Assembly (NCBI GenBank): GCA_030264375.1
Contig: JASCQW010000061.1
Span: 116,008,012 to 116,072,011 of the forward strand
Source: Carcharhinus longimanus
Lineage: Eukaryota
Direction: 5' to 3'
DNA: 64,000 nt
This document shows, one piece after another, positions 1 to 12,609 of the stretch (the stretch's first letter is position 1; every line of letters begins with the position of its first letter). The position numbers and the translations under genes are program-made. Below the pieces are notes generated by a model that worked only from the letters and a program-made list of their open reading frames with translations, was not told where the DNA came from and did not search any database.

Positions 1-436
1 AACAGATAGCTATGGGCCATTTAGTTTAACATCTGTCATTAGGATGCAAGTTCAGCAGGTAATAGAGAAGGCAAATGGAATGTTGGCCTTAATCTCAAAG
101 GGAATGAAGCATAAAATAGGGAATTCTTGCTAGAACTATACAAGGCACTAGTTAAACCACACCTGGAATGCTGTGAATAATTTTCGTCCCCTGATCTAAG
201 GAAATATGTACTGACATTGGAGGCAGGCCAGAGAATGTTCACTAGGTTGATCCTGGGTGCAGAGGAATTTTATGAGGGTAAGTTGGGCTTGTATTCAGAG
301 GAGTTTCGAAGACTGAGAGGTGACGTTGAGACATACAGGATTCTCAGGGGCTTGACAGGGTGGAGGCTAAGAGGTCGTTTCTCTTGTGGGAGGCTCTAGG
401 ACCAGAGGGCATAAGAAGTTGTCCATTTAAAAAAAC

Positions 437-999
437 ATAGAATCAAAGAATCCCTACAATGTAGATGGAGGATATTCGGCCCATTGATTAGGCACCACCT
501 ACCATGGGCGGCATGGTAGCACAGTNNNNNNNNNNNNNNNNNNNNNNNNNNNNNNNNNNNNNNNNNNNNNNNNNNNNNNNNNNNNNNNNNNNNNNNNNNN
601 NNNNNNNNNNNNNNNNNNNNNNNNNGTGGGATTGTGTTCGGTGCAGACTCGATGGGCCGAAGGGCCTCTTTCTGCACTGTAGGGTTCTATGATTCTATGA
701 CCCTCTGACAGAATCTCTTACTAAAGCCCATATCACTCCCCTCCACCGCCCCCCCCCCATTCATTCTATCCCTCTAACCCCACACATTTACCATGGCTTA
801 CCCATCTAACCCACATGTCTTGAGACACTAAGGGGCAATTTAGCATGGCCAATCTACCTAACCTGCACATCTTTGGACCGTGGGAGTAAACCTTTGCAGA
901 CACAGGGGGAAATGTAAAATTCCACACAGACAATCTCCCCAGGCTGGAATTGAACCTGGTTCCCTGGTGCAGTGAGGCAACAGTGTTAGCCACTGTGAC
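437..999 (-). mobile_element. HE1-related tRNA SINE (minus), itself interrupted by a plus-strand SINE
   Basis: Reverse complement of the head (cacagtggctaacactg...ccaggttcaattcc) and body gccatgctaaattgccccttagtgtc. Confidence 0.75.
507..700 (+). mobile_element. HE1-type SINE (gapped)
   Basis: ggcggcatggtagcacagt head; tail gcagactcgatgggccgaagggcctctttctgcactgtagggttctatgattcta. Confidence 0.8.
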
Positions 1000-2830
1000 A
1001 AAGATTAAGAAGAATTTCTTCCCTGAGATAGTAGTGAACCTATGGAATTCTTTACTGTAGAGGGCTGTAGAAACTGAATCGGTAAGCATGTTCATAGCTG
1101 AGATAGACAGATTTTTAATTAGAAAGGGAATCAAGGATTTTGGGATAAGGCAGGAAAGTAGAGTTGAGGAATATCATATCAGATCAGTCATGTACTCAGT
1201 GAATGGCAGAGCAGACTCAATGAGCCGAATAGCTTACTTCTGCTCCTGTCTTGCAACATAGGAAATGTACAGCCAAAATATCAGTACATGCATACATCAG
1301 TTTTAAATGGGCTAATTCCTATAGTGTCAGATATAAGGCCCATTATCTGGCCAGAACCCACAGTTGATGCACTATATGCATGCAAGCTGGTATCAATGTG
1401 CTGTTGGGCCTGTGCACATATGTCTACATGCATTCTAAAGCTGGTACATATGGTATATACAACAGATCAAAATCAAATTCCTTGGCTGGAAGATCATAAT
1501 TAGTAACAATTCGGCACATTTAGTATATTTTAACTGAAAGCTGCTATAAATTCACCATGCAGTTACATATCAGCAACTCTGTAACTAGAGGTCTAAATTG
1601 GTGTGACATTGACCACAGGTCATTCCTTCGCATGCCAGTGTGTTTTAAATAATTATCTGGCCAACCCCTACCTCAAGTTTATCCTATGCTTAAATCTGCT
1701 CCTTAACTGGACCCACTAACTTGCATCATAAGGTGAAAATTTAGATGATTCATTGATGGGAATCTTATTTATTGATCCCTGTAAATTCAGGCTCTCAACG
1801 AAGTTCAAGAACCCCTCTCGCCTTTCTACCTCTAGCATTCGCAACTCTTCTTCCGATAGCAACATGAGTCCATAGGCATCCACTGTTCTCTGGTATCTTC
1901 TCCAAGTGACCATTCCTCATCTGTAAGCTTAGATGCTGAGCTTCAGCAGGATGTTCAACCACAGAAGGTAGCACAGCTGAGCTCAATGTAAATCACGAGG
2001 GAATTTTCTTGTAGACTGTTAGTCAGAAACAGGAATATTGGCTGATTCCTTCACCACCACTCAGTGCAGAGACTGAGGCCCAATTTTGTTTCTGCCAGTG
2101 CCTAGTGGAGATTAACTAACTCATTAGAGACTAGGGATTGTGCCAGAAGCACACTCGGCTTGCACATTGCACAGTGAATTTATTCGGACAACCGTAATGT
2201 ACATTGTTATGTTTGGAACAAAGATGAACAATTATTTTGTGAATATGAATCCTCAGTTATGTTCTTTGACATTACAAGCACAAGGAATTCCATTGGAACT
2301 ATTGCTGAAGTCCTTAGAACAAACATTTATGTCCTTTTTTTCTGTAGTGCACAAGTCAAGCAGTAATGCCAATTCCATAGGGACCTCTGGGCATTCTTAT
2401 TGGTATAGAATCCCTTGTTGTGCCTTCAAGGTTTTAAATGTTAAATGATCCCTTGCGCCACAAGGTTTTAAATGTTTGCTTACCTCTATGAATCTCCCTT
2501 AGTCGAAGTATTTAAATATATCCTATCCAAAAAATTTCAGTTGCATCCTCATTGTTCCCTGCGCAGGGATTGCCATTAATTTCTTTGTCTCACAACATGA
2601 AATACATTGGAATGTTTTTCTCCATTAATGCCATCTAAGTTGTGCCTATTCCAGTGTATCAGGAATACGTGACTAAAATACCACTGATAGCAGGTGATCT
2701 CAAATTCCAATGTGTGCTGGAAATAGGAGCTAACTGGGTGGCAATTTATCAAAAAAAGCTATTTGACTCATTCTTGCCTACGTTTTAAACGTTACATTGT
2801 TTTAACCATTATTCTATATTTCATCTGCAG

Positions 2831-2872
2831 CAAGCAGTTAACATGCTCCTGGACAATGAAGATAAAATTTCA
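2831..2872 (+). CDS. VPS41: VPS41 coding exon (QAVNMLLDNEDKIS)
   Basis: ctgcag|caagca...atttca|gtaagt; 42 nt, phase 0/0; matches recalled human VPS41 KAVDMLLDNEDKIS. Confidence 0.95.
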
Positions 2873-3180
2873 GTAAGTAGCGAACCGTTTTAGCCACAAT
2901 TTTACCTTTCATTGAAAACAGCTTCAAAATGTAACTACACAAAAGAAGATTTACATTTCAATAGTGTCTTTCAAAATCTCAGGCGATCATAACGTACTTT
3001 ACAGCTGATGACATACTTCTGAACTGTAGTCATTTGTTGTGATATCAGAATATCAACAGTGCAATTGATAAATGCTTTGGAACAGGGTGTAAGGAACCAG
3101 AATTAACCGTGATCGGAGGTGGACTTCTGATTAGATTGTTTTCACTTCTGATTAATTTTCATTGTGCTTTTCTGTTAAAG

Positions 3181-3231
3181 ATTGACAAAGTTGTGGAGGA
3201 GCTGAAGGATCAACCGGAATTGCAGCATGTG
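3181..3231 (+). CDS. VPS41: VPS41 coding exon (IDKVVEELKDQPELQHV)
   Basis: ttaaag|attgac...catgtg|gttagt; 51 nt, phase 0/0; human IKKVVEELEDRPELQHV. Confidence 0.95.
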
Positions 3232-3871
3232 GTTAGTTTGCCTCCTTTGCTTTGTATAAACATCAAATATCTCTGTTCAAAATGATTGCTTTTGAAAATG
3301 ACATAATGTATTTGAAGATACAACAAAAGTTATTGCATGTGAGTTTGCAGCTGTGACTTTAGATCTTGTCTATACCGCCAGCAGTGAAACAGAAAGTGAA
3401 ATATTGTTTTTGCAACTCAGAAAGCAGCATCCTTCCCTAACTGCAATGTGGGTGTACGTACATTGCATGGACTGCTGTGATTCTCAAAGGCCACTCATCA
3501 CCGTCTTCTCAGGGGCAATGAGAGCTGACTAGCCAGTGATGCTCACATCCCATCAGTTAATGAAACATTTGGATGTTAGCATTTAACAATCCAACTGCCC
3601 TTTGCCTGAAGTTCCTGCACTATTAATGCATAAAGAATCTGTCCAAATTTGCCCAATATTTTTTATAACCAACAAGGAAACAAACCACGTTAGACGTAAA
3701 ATGTCTAACAAAGCATCCTGTAATCAGTAATAAATAAACCTGTTGGATTTTAAGTTGGTGTTGAGACTTCTTATCATAACATAAGAGTTTGACATTAACT
3801 TTTAAGTAGGAGAACGGAAACCAGTGTTTTACTGTTTTAAATGCCTGGATTAGATCGCCTTTAATATCCTG

Positions 3872-4134
3872 TTTCTCGGCCTTTTGGCTAAAATCAAGTG
3901 TAACATCAACATCCTGCACTTGGTTGAAGTCATGAGGTTACACTGAGGCTTCATTTGAAGCAATTTTTTAAAGTGGCATCTGGGCCTTTTGGCTAAGTTG
4001 CAAATGAGATCAAGCCTTGGAGAAACTGCAGTCAGCTTGGATCATGTAGATCAAACCCAAGGCAGGAAGTCTCACTTGCTGAGACTTTGAATTGGATTTT
4101 AATTGGTTTGAATTGGATATAAACAAAACAAAAA
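3872..4134 (+). pseudogene. U2 snRNA-derived element: two U2 5'-end copies, Sm-site-like motif, A-rich tail
   Basis: ttctcggccttttggctaaaatcaagtgta (3873-3902) vs U2 CTTCTCGGCCTTTTGGCTAAGATCAAGTGTAG; second copy gcatctgggccttttggctaag...gatcaag (3976-4014); aattggatttt at ~4090; tail ataaacaaaacaaaaa. Confidence 0.75.
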
Positions 4135-4311
4135 TCCCGTATTCAAGAACATACAAGGATTTGGTAGGGTAGATGAAGAGAAACTGCTTTCTGTTGGGAG
4201 CATAAATAATGAGGAAATGCAATCTTAAAATTAGAGCTAAGCCATTCAGAGGTAAAATCAGTAAGCACTTTGTCCACATAAAGGATGGTGGAAATCTGGA
4301 ACACTCTCTTC

Positions 4312-4625
4312 CATAGAATCACTACAATGCAGAAAGAGGCCATTCGGCCCATGGAGTCTGCACCAACCACAATCCCAACCAGGCCCTATCCCCATTACCC
4401 CATGCATTTACCCCAGCTAGTACCCCTGACACTAAGGGACAATTTAGCATGGCCAATCCACCTAACCCGTACATCTTGGATTGTGGGAGGAAATTGGAGC
4501 ACCTGAAAGAAACCCACGCGGACACAGGGACAATGTGCAAACTCCACACAGTCAGTGACCTGAGGCCAAAATTGAACATAGATCCCTGGCACTGTGAGGC
4601 AGCAGTGCTAACCTCTGTGTCACCC
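4312..4625 (-). mobile_element. HE1-type SINE inserted in a CR1 3' fragment (~4140-4790)
   Basis: Full SINE reverse complement; CR1 text resumes on both sides. Confidence 0.85.
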
Positions 4626-5867
4626 TCGGAAGATTGTGGATGCTTAGTAAATTAGGACTTTGAAGACAGGTGGCTTTTTGTTCTGCATTAGGGACATGGA
4701 GCAAAGGTGGGTGAATGGAGTTGGAAATGCTGATAAACCTGGATCTGACTGAGTGGTGAGGACGCTCGAGGGCCTATGCCACCTATTTGTATGCTTATAA
4801 TTCCACTGTGTTTTGAGATATTCTAATTGATCTAACCCCATTCTACTCAACCACAATTGTGTAATGTGCTGGGATCTGGCTATAATATAAAACAACTGTT
4901 CAGCTTTTTGTAGCATACGGGGTTCCTCTAATCGGTTTTACAGTGATTTGGAAACTTGGAATTTGTCATCAAGTGATTAGTTGCATGGCGATAACAACTT
5001 GTGTCTCAATGATTAAAAACTTGTTCTGTGACAAAAAGGATTTATTTTACTATTGCATGCTTCAGGAAGGTTTATCTATCAATTTTCAAAGCTTGTAACA
5101 AGAAGACAAACTTATTGATTTCCAATGTACTCAAAGTAAGAGGTGACTGCATTTCATCTGTTTCAAAATTGTGGCTGGTGTGCAGCGTCCCATGAAGCCT
5201 GATAAGATGTTCGTGTTCCCTGCAGTGTTGCTGTGCTGCTTGTAAAAGAACAGATTTTGGTTAATGTAAGTAACTACATGAGACAGGAAAGAACTGATTT
5301 TGGGCACAAGATGAGAGATAATGGAGAGAAACATGAGATAATGGCATTATTTAGACTGGAACAGAGAAAACTAAGAGGAGATTTGAAATTATGAATGGTT
5401 TTGATGGGAAGATATAGGGAACGAATGCTATATCCAGTAAGAGAGTCAGAGACAAGGGGATTATCAGTTTAAAATTGTCACGAAAAGTGAGAAGGGAGGT
5501 TATTCAGCATGTCCTCACACAGGGTTGCTGGACCATGGAATTCTTTGTCGCAGAGAGTGGTTATGCGAGAGACCATTACATTTTTCAAGGGAAAATTGGA
5601 TAAATATTTTAAGAGGAGGAAAATGTAAGAGAGGGGGTAGCGTGATTATTAGTTGTGGATGGCTGCTCTCAGTGTTGTGCTATACACAAGCAATAATGCA
5701 GCTGTTTAGATCGAAGATCTATGCTGGATCTTAAAGAAATTAAACTCTGAATCAGGATTATCTAGATAATTTCATATGCTAACCCCTAATATGTGCTGAA
5801 GTAGAGTTATAGGTGAAGATGAACATAAAACGTTATAATTCTTATAAAGATAACGATGAAATGTAGT

Positions 5868-5913
5868 TTAAAGATATTAGTGATTGTAATTTAAAGATAT
5901 TAGTGATTGTAAT
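5868..5913. repeat. Perfect 23-bp tandem duplication
   Basis: ttaaagatattagtgattgtaat x2. Confidence 0.9.
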
Positions 5914-6071
5914 TTATAAGGTAATGCTGATATTGATTATTGCATCAGGTGCTGTGTGAACACCTCAAATTAGAAATGTTAACATCAGTTACTCATTATA
6001 AACTTTAGAGGCCTAGAGTTTCCATTAGGTTGCACTTGAATTTCAGTGGCAAATCATCAGAAGTTAACCAT

Positions 6072-6377
6072 GGCAGGGTAGCACAGTGGCTAGCACTGCT
6101 GCCTCATAGCACCAAGGTTCAATTCCCGGCTTGGGTCACTGTCTATGCGGAGTCTGCACGTTCTCCGTGTCTGCACGGGTTTCCTCCGGATGCTCCAGTT
6201 TCCTCCCACAGTTCAAAAGACGTGCTGGTTAGGGTGCATTGGCCATGCTAAATTCTCCCTCAGTGTGCCTGAACAGGCACCGGAGTGTAGCGACTAGGGG
6301 ATTTTCACAGTAACTTCATTACAGTGTTAATGTAAACCTACTTGTGATACTAATAAATGATAAATAAAATAAATAAA
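6072..6377 (+). mobile_element. tRNA SINE with HE1-like head and an alternative 3' tail (tail type B)
   Basis: A/B-box head; after gccatgctaaatt continues ctccctcagtgtgcctgaacaggcaccggagtg...cagtaacttcattacagtgttaatgtaaacctacttgtgatactaataaa. Confidence 0.85.
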
Positions 6378-6774
6378 CATAGAAGATGAAAATTTTCAAG
6401 TGCACGTAGCACTTGCTGCAAATCAGATTTTTAAAATCCCTTGGGTTAGTTTGAAATGAATCATGTTGGAATATGGCTCTACCCTCAAAACCATCCCAGA
6501 TTGAATTAACCATCATTGAAAATGACTTCAAACATGAGCGCAATTATCAGAAACTCCCACTTATTTAAAATCAGGTCACTTACATGACAAACTAGACAAT
6601 TTTGGAGATTATCCCATTTTTACTATATGAATCAAACTGCACCAAGTTACCACCCTTATTTCAAAAATTTTAAAGCAATTTTTTTTCAAAAATCACAGCT
6701 TCAGATGCTATTCAATTGCACTGGTACATGACGGATTTCCTTTCAGAGATCCAGGGATCATTTTTGTGAATCTG

Positions 6775-8375
6775 CACTGAACCCTTTCCAAGATCAGCAC
6801 ATCCATCCTTAGATATGGGCCCAAAATTGCTCTCAGTACTCCAGATTGGATCTGACCAGAGCCTTATATAACCTCAGAAGTACATCCTTACTTTTGTATT
6901 CCAGCCTCCTTAACATGAATGCAAATATTGCAATTGTCTTCCTAACTGCCGAATGAACCTGTACGTTAACCTTGAGAGTCTTGAACAAGGACTCCCAAGT
7001 CCTTTTGTGTTCTACTTTCCTAAGCACTTCCCCATTTAGAAAATAGTCTATGCCTCCATTCCACCTCTCAAAGTGCATAACTTCACACTTTTCTACATTG
7101 TAGTCCATCTGCCACTTCTTTGCCCACTCTTCTAACCTGTCCAAGTCCTTCTGAAGCCCACCTTCTTCCTCAATACTACCTGTCTCTCTACATATCTTTG
7201 TACCATCTGCAAACTTAGCAATGGTGCTTCAGTTCCTTCCCCCAAATTGTTAATGTATATCGTGAAAAGTTGTGGTCCCAGCACTGACCCCTGAGGCACA
7301 GGGTCACTAGTCACCAGCTACCATCCTGAAAAAGACCCCTTTATCCCCACTCTCTGCCTTCTGCAGTCCCCCAGTCCTCTATCCAGGCCAGGATCTTACT
7401 CTTATCACCATGGACTCTTATTTAACAGTCTCCTATGCAGCACCTTGTCGAAGGCCTTCTGGAAATCTAAATAAATCACATCCACTGGTTCTCCTTTATC
7501 TAACTTCCTTCTTANNNNNNNNNNNNNNNNNNNNNNNNNNNNNNNNNNNNNNNNNNNNNNNNNNNNNNNNNNNNNNNNNNNNNNNNNNNNNNNNNNNNNN
7601 NNNNNNNNNNNNNNACTGTTTCTCCTTTATCTAACTTCCTTCTTACCTCCTCAAAGAACACGAACAGATTTGTCAACATGACCTCCCCTTGACAAAGCTG
7701 TGCTAACTCAGTACTACTTTAACATGCGCTTGCAAGTACTCTGCGATCTCATTTTTAATAGTGAGGTCTAAAATCTTGCCAATGACCAAAGTCAGGCTAA
7801 CAGGCTTATAATTTCCCATCTGCTGCCTTCCCCTCTTCTTAAACAGCGGTGTTACATTAGCTACTTTCCAGTCCTCCGGTATCCTCCTTGCCATGATGTG
7901 GAGATGCCGGCGTTGGACTGTGGTAAATACAGTAAGAAGTCTCACAACACCAGGTTAAAGTCCAACAGGTTTATTTGGTAGTAAACACCACCAGCTTCCA
8001 CTCACCTGACGAAGGGGAAAATCCTGAAAGCTAGTGGCGTTTACTACCAAATAAACCTGTTGGACTTCAACCTGGTGTGTGAGACTTCTTACTGTGTTTA
8101 CCCTCCCTACCTCCAGTGATTCCTGTAAGATCAACACCAATGTCCCCACGATTTCCTGAGCTATCTCTTTTAGAACCCTGGGGTGTAGTCCATCCGGTCC
8201 AGATTTATCCACCTTAAGACCTTTCAGTTTCCCCAGAACCTCCTTTGTGATGGCCACTACACTCACCTGTGCCCCCTGACTCTCTTGGAGCTCTGGCATC
8301 CCACTGGTGCCTTCCACTGTGAGGACTGATGCAAAGTAACCATTCAGTTCCTCTGCCATTTCTTTGTTTACTAGA
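6775..8375 (-). mobile_element. CR1/HER1 LINE ORF2 (RT) remnant
   Basis: ORFs give DKSGPDGLHPRVLKE, PEDWKVANVTPLFKK, VPQGSVLGPQLFTIYIN, WQMDYNVEKCEVMHF, LYKALVRSNLEY. Confidence 0.92.
7893..8099. mobile_element. Penelope-like pLTR-derived inverted-repeat insertion with hammerhead core
   Basis: ~75-bp inverted arms (agtaagaagtctcacaacaccaggttaaagtccaacaggtttatttggtag and its reverse complement); CTGACGA 8006-8012...GAAA 8026-8029. Confidence 0.8.
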
Positions 8376-9058
8376 CTAATACCAAGAATGGACAAGTTGA
8401 CTTATGAGAAAAGGTTGGACTTGTCAGTCTTGTATCCATTGGAGTTTAAAAGAGTAAACAATGACCTGGTTGAAACATAAAATCCTGAGGAGTTTCTTTG
8501 ATAGATGCCGCATTGTCTTCGAGATGTTGTCTTTCAAATTAACTGTTAAACCCTGTCTTATCCAGGCAAATGTGGTAGCCATTTCACACTGATCACAGTC
8601 TTGCACATGGGAATGAAGTGAGTGGCTGGTTAATCTATTTTTAATAGTGGTGATGCCATCAAGCCAGAGGGGAAAACATGCTCAAAATTTTGAATAGCCT
8701 TCTTCAAAGCAACAGCAATGCCATTTTTTTGCCATTGGCTATAAGGTGTGAGCCAAAGTGAACAATCCTCAGACAGAATTACAGCCAGAAAATTGCAGAA
8801 GTTTAATTTAAGGTTAAAAGTTTGGTATTTCTATCCCGTTAAGTGTATTTAGCTCTTACCCGTTTTGTCATAAGCATGTTTTTTGCAAGCTGAATTAGAG
8901 AACATTTCTGAACATGTCCTTATCACTAGTTTGCCTTGGAGGGTGTAATTATAAAAATATTTTATGGATGCTAAACGTATTTAATTTTATTCTCAAGTTT
9001 ATCTCTAGCATGTCATATAGTTCTGTTTTCAGCCATGCTCTGTGCTTTCTTTAAACAG

Positions 9059-9131
9059 TATTTGCACCACCTGTTCAAGCGAGATCACCATAAAGGACAG
9101 AAGTTCCACGAACAACAGATCAGTCTGTATG
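9059..9131 (+). CDS. VPS41: VPS41 coding exon, 3' part lost in N gap (YLHHLFKRDHHKGQKFHEQQISLY...)
   Basis: aaacag|tatttg acceptor; human YLHKLFKRDHHKGQRYHEKQISLY; the remaining ~65 nt (AEYDRPNLLPFLRDSTHCPLEK in human) would fall in the gap 9132-9244. Confidence 0.93.
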
Positions 9132-10809
9132 NNNNNNNNNNNNNNNNNNNNNNNNNNNNNNNNNNNNNNNNNNNNNNNNNNNNNNNNNNNNNNNNNNNNN
9201 NNNNNNNNNNNNNNNNNNNNNNNNNNNNNNNNNNNNNNNNNNNNACTACAGCAGGGACTGCACATAGCCTTGTGCCACCTGCCCCATGCTATCAATGCCT
9301 GCTATTGCAAGCACTGTCCAGTTGTATTATATTTTATTGGCATTCAGCTACTGCCTAGTTGTGATTATAATATTATTGTATTACCAGTTCCCTGTCCACC
9401 TGTCTTCACAATGCACTAATATAAATACAATAGGATATATTCATGTTAAAAGCTATTGTTTGGAATATGGAGAGGAAATAGCCTATATCATAAGTACTGT
9501 CCTTTGTTATGCTCTGTTGTTGTTTCTTTATCAACTGGGCTCTGTTCTTTAATCGTTAAATCTTGTTTTGTGCCAAAGGTTAAAGGCAGAAAATAATGTA
9601 ATAAATAACTATTTAGAATGAATTACTCTCCTCCCTAAATTTCTCTATCACCTTCTCCTTAAAAACCCTTCATAAAGCCCACAACTTTGCCAAGCTTTTA
9701 ATTACTCCTAATATCTGCTTTGGCTTTTGTTCTGATTACTACTTGTTAAAAGTACAGGAAATACAAAACGGACTATTACACTTTAATATCTCGCCTTGCC
9801 CCATTTCCCCCAATGTTTCAAAATACTTTCTCTCGTTTGGATGCTACTTGGATGATGTGATAAACTCAGGCATTGTATAAGCTGGAGTATACCAAGGCAC
9901 TGGGAGATTGGAACATCACTTAACAAAGTTAAGTGCTTTTCATGGACCTGCAAGACTTGGGTATGGGGCCTCCTTAACTTGGAGATTTGACTGCAATTTG
10001 TTTTAGCCATTGAGGTGATTCAGGGCCAGAAGTTGAGAATTTGCTCTTTATCTTAGGAAACTGAAAATTTCCATACAAATCCATTCAGTAAATTGGGTGT
10101 GAAAAGGTTTGTTTACGAGGAAGAAGAGATAAGTGGTGTTACAGTTCGTAAACCGGCGAAGGCTCATATTTAGTAAGTGAGTGAGCTCTTAAATAATACA
10201 GATTAAAAGGTTCCCTCTTGTATTGTTTCCTAGTGGTGGTGTACTGGGATTGTGACAAAGAATGTTACAGCCAGCACCAAGAAAGGAAAATGACTGCTTG
10301 TGACTTAAATCCAGTGACAGGCTTCCCCCATCCACAACAAAATAACTGGAAACATTTGACTGTTGTAACTGAATTTGGGGTAACTTATTATCCAGCATCA
10401 AGGCTATACCTTTGCTGGAGACCACCTGAAATTGGAGAAAAGTAAATAGAAAAGCCAAGAAATATTTACATTTAAAAATCGCTGTTTTACAGAGGCATTA
10501 ATGAAGGATTGGGAATCTTAAAAAACAGGGTTAAAGAAGGAATATCACATATCCTGAGGATCTATAAAGTACAAAGAGAAGCTAAGATCAGATTTGATTC
10601 TGTGTGAAACACATTCCCAAAACCAAATCTTCCTAAGAAGCAAATATCTTTAAACTCAATGTTAAATGTATGTAAAGTGCAGACATGTGCAACTTTGTAG
10701 AAACATCCCAAGCATTTCTCTGACGGGGAAAAAAAGCAGGCTCTGTAGGACTAAATTATTAATGAGGTGAAATGACAACTTATTTAAATTATTTTTCTCT
10801 CTGCCACAG

Positions 10810-10864
10810 GCCCTTGAAATTTGTCAGCAACGGAACTTTGTCGCTGAGACCGTTTTTCTCTTGA
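10810..10864 (+). CDS. VPS41: VPS41 coding exon (ALEICQQRNFVAETVFLL+a)
   Basis: ccacag|gccctt...ttga|gtaaga; 55 nt, phase 0/1; human ALEICQQRNFVEETVYLLS. Confidence 0.95.
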
Positions 10865-11159
10865 GTAAGAACGTATTTATTGTTGTGCACATTTTGTGAG
10901 GGTTGGGGGAGAACTCACTGTAGCTGAACTGTCCCTCTCCAGAGTGGGTCATTCTGAAAGTGAAGAGACAGTCCATTAACATGAAAAGCCCAAGTGTTTT
11001 AGAATTTATTGCATTGTTATTTCTGAGATGTGTGTGTGCAGCCTCAGTCCTCCCATTACAAGGTCAAAAAGGAAAGATTTATGTATTTGTCGAATATGGG
11101 ACTTTTAATTATAAAAAAACAAATATAAAAGTCTTTTGTAAAGTTTTAAAGTTTTTTTG

Positions 11160-11325
11160 AAGTTTATTCGTGTCACAAGTACATTAACACTGCAATGAAG
11201 TTACTGTAAAAATCCCTTAGTCGCCACACTCCGGCAGTTGAATGGGTACATTATGGGAGAATTTAGCGTAGCCCATGCACGTAACCAGCACATCTTTTAG
11301 ACTGTGGGAGGAAACCAGAGCTTCT
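11160..11325 (-). mobile_element. tRNA SINE tail type B, partial (ends at gap)
   Basis: acattaacactgcaatgaagttactgtaaaaatcccttagtcgccacactccgg. Confidence 0.8.
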
Positions 11326-11414
11326 NNNNNNNNNNNNNNNNNNNNNNNNNNNNNNNNNNNNNNNNNNNNNNNNNNNNNNNNNNNNNNNNNNNNNNNNNNN
11401 NNNNNNNNNNNNNN

Positions 11415-11700
11415 CAGTTGTTAGCACTGCTGTGTCTCAGCGCCAGGGACCCAGGTTCGATTCCCAGCTTGGGTCACTGTCTGCATGGATGTTTGCACAT
11501 TCTCCTCATGTCTGCGTGGGTTTCACTCATGCTCTAGTTTCCTCCCACAGTCTGAAAGATGTGCTGGTTAGGTGCATTGGCTATGATAAATTCTCCCTCA
11601 GTGTACCCAAAAGAGGTGCCGGACTGTGGCGACTGGAGGATTTTCACAGTAACTTCATTGCAGTGTTAATGTAAGCCTGCTTGTGACACTAAATAAACTT
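11415..11700 (+). mobile_element. tRNA SINE tail type B
   Basis: gttagcactgctgtgtctcagcgccagggacccaggttcgattccc head and type B tail. Confidence 0.85.
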
Positions 11701-12609
11701 TAACTACTTCTGTTGGTGGGGCTACTGAGGTGGCTGGTACTGCTTTAACTTCAGGCAATACAAGACTCACGAAGCCAGTGTCTCAGTTTAAAGACATAAC
11801 TTTATTTTGACCAGCAGTTGCTAGGAGACCATCAAAGGGTGAAGGCAGCTCTGAGATAGAGCAGCAAGACCTCTCCAATGAAATCTGATGCATGCAATTC
11901 AAAATACATGAATTATAAATTTTTCTTATCAGTTACTCTGCCTTTCATTAGCTTTAAGTCAATCATCTTCAATACACATAAATCAACAATAATACCTGTC
12001 ATATACCCTAGCCAATTGCATCTTGCACTCTGGCATAATGGCATTTTATTAGTCCGTATAATCCGGAAGCAAACCCCTGTCTTGGCTGACCCCACTTCCT
12101 GTGTTGCCTAGTAACCTCCAGACATCAGTTCAAATGAATGTTCCCATGACTTCCCTTAAAAGTCACTGCCAAATATATTAACACATGACTCCACATCTGG
12201 ATACACATCCATCTTGTCTGGACAGTGAATAAACTCTATTCATGAAATGTGATTAAATGTTCTAAATGCTATCTCCGTCTAAAACCTTACTGATAAATCT
12301 GGCATATTCTCAAGATTTGAACATTCTCTTGGAATGTGGCTTTGCCCTAATGCCTTTTACCATGATGTTTTGCAGCAAATTGCTTTCAGCTAAAATGAAC
12401 AATATAAAAAAAAACACTCATACATTCAAAATATCAGCATATGTGTATTAAGATCATAATCACTTCTCTAAATATCTTACTGTATCATGTGTAAACTGCT
12501 TTCTTGTTAACTTATAAACTTGTTTCAAAAGTTATTTAATTAATACTGGCAGTTCTGTCAGTGTCTTAATATTCAAGTTTAAAAATCTTACCAACCTATT
12601 CAGNNNNNN

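Larger units (their letters stand above)
1..1255 (+). mobile_element. CR1/HER1-type LINE 3' fragment interrupted by nested SINEs
   Basis: Decayed 'LYKALVKPHLE' and 'LRGDVETYRIL' CR1 RT-end motifs; 3' UTR resumes at ~1000 (aagaatttcttccctgag...gcagactcaatgagccgaatagc). Confidence 0.8.

Noticed and set aside
1716-1986. Protein-like minus-strand ORFs (EEELRMLEVERREGFLNF...)
   Set aside because: No recognisable family and no consistent splice chain; short ORFs in an intron
7484-7643. Direct repeat ctgttctcctttatctaacttccttctta on both sides of an N gap
   Set aside because: Typical unmerged contig overlap; assembly artefact
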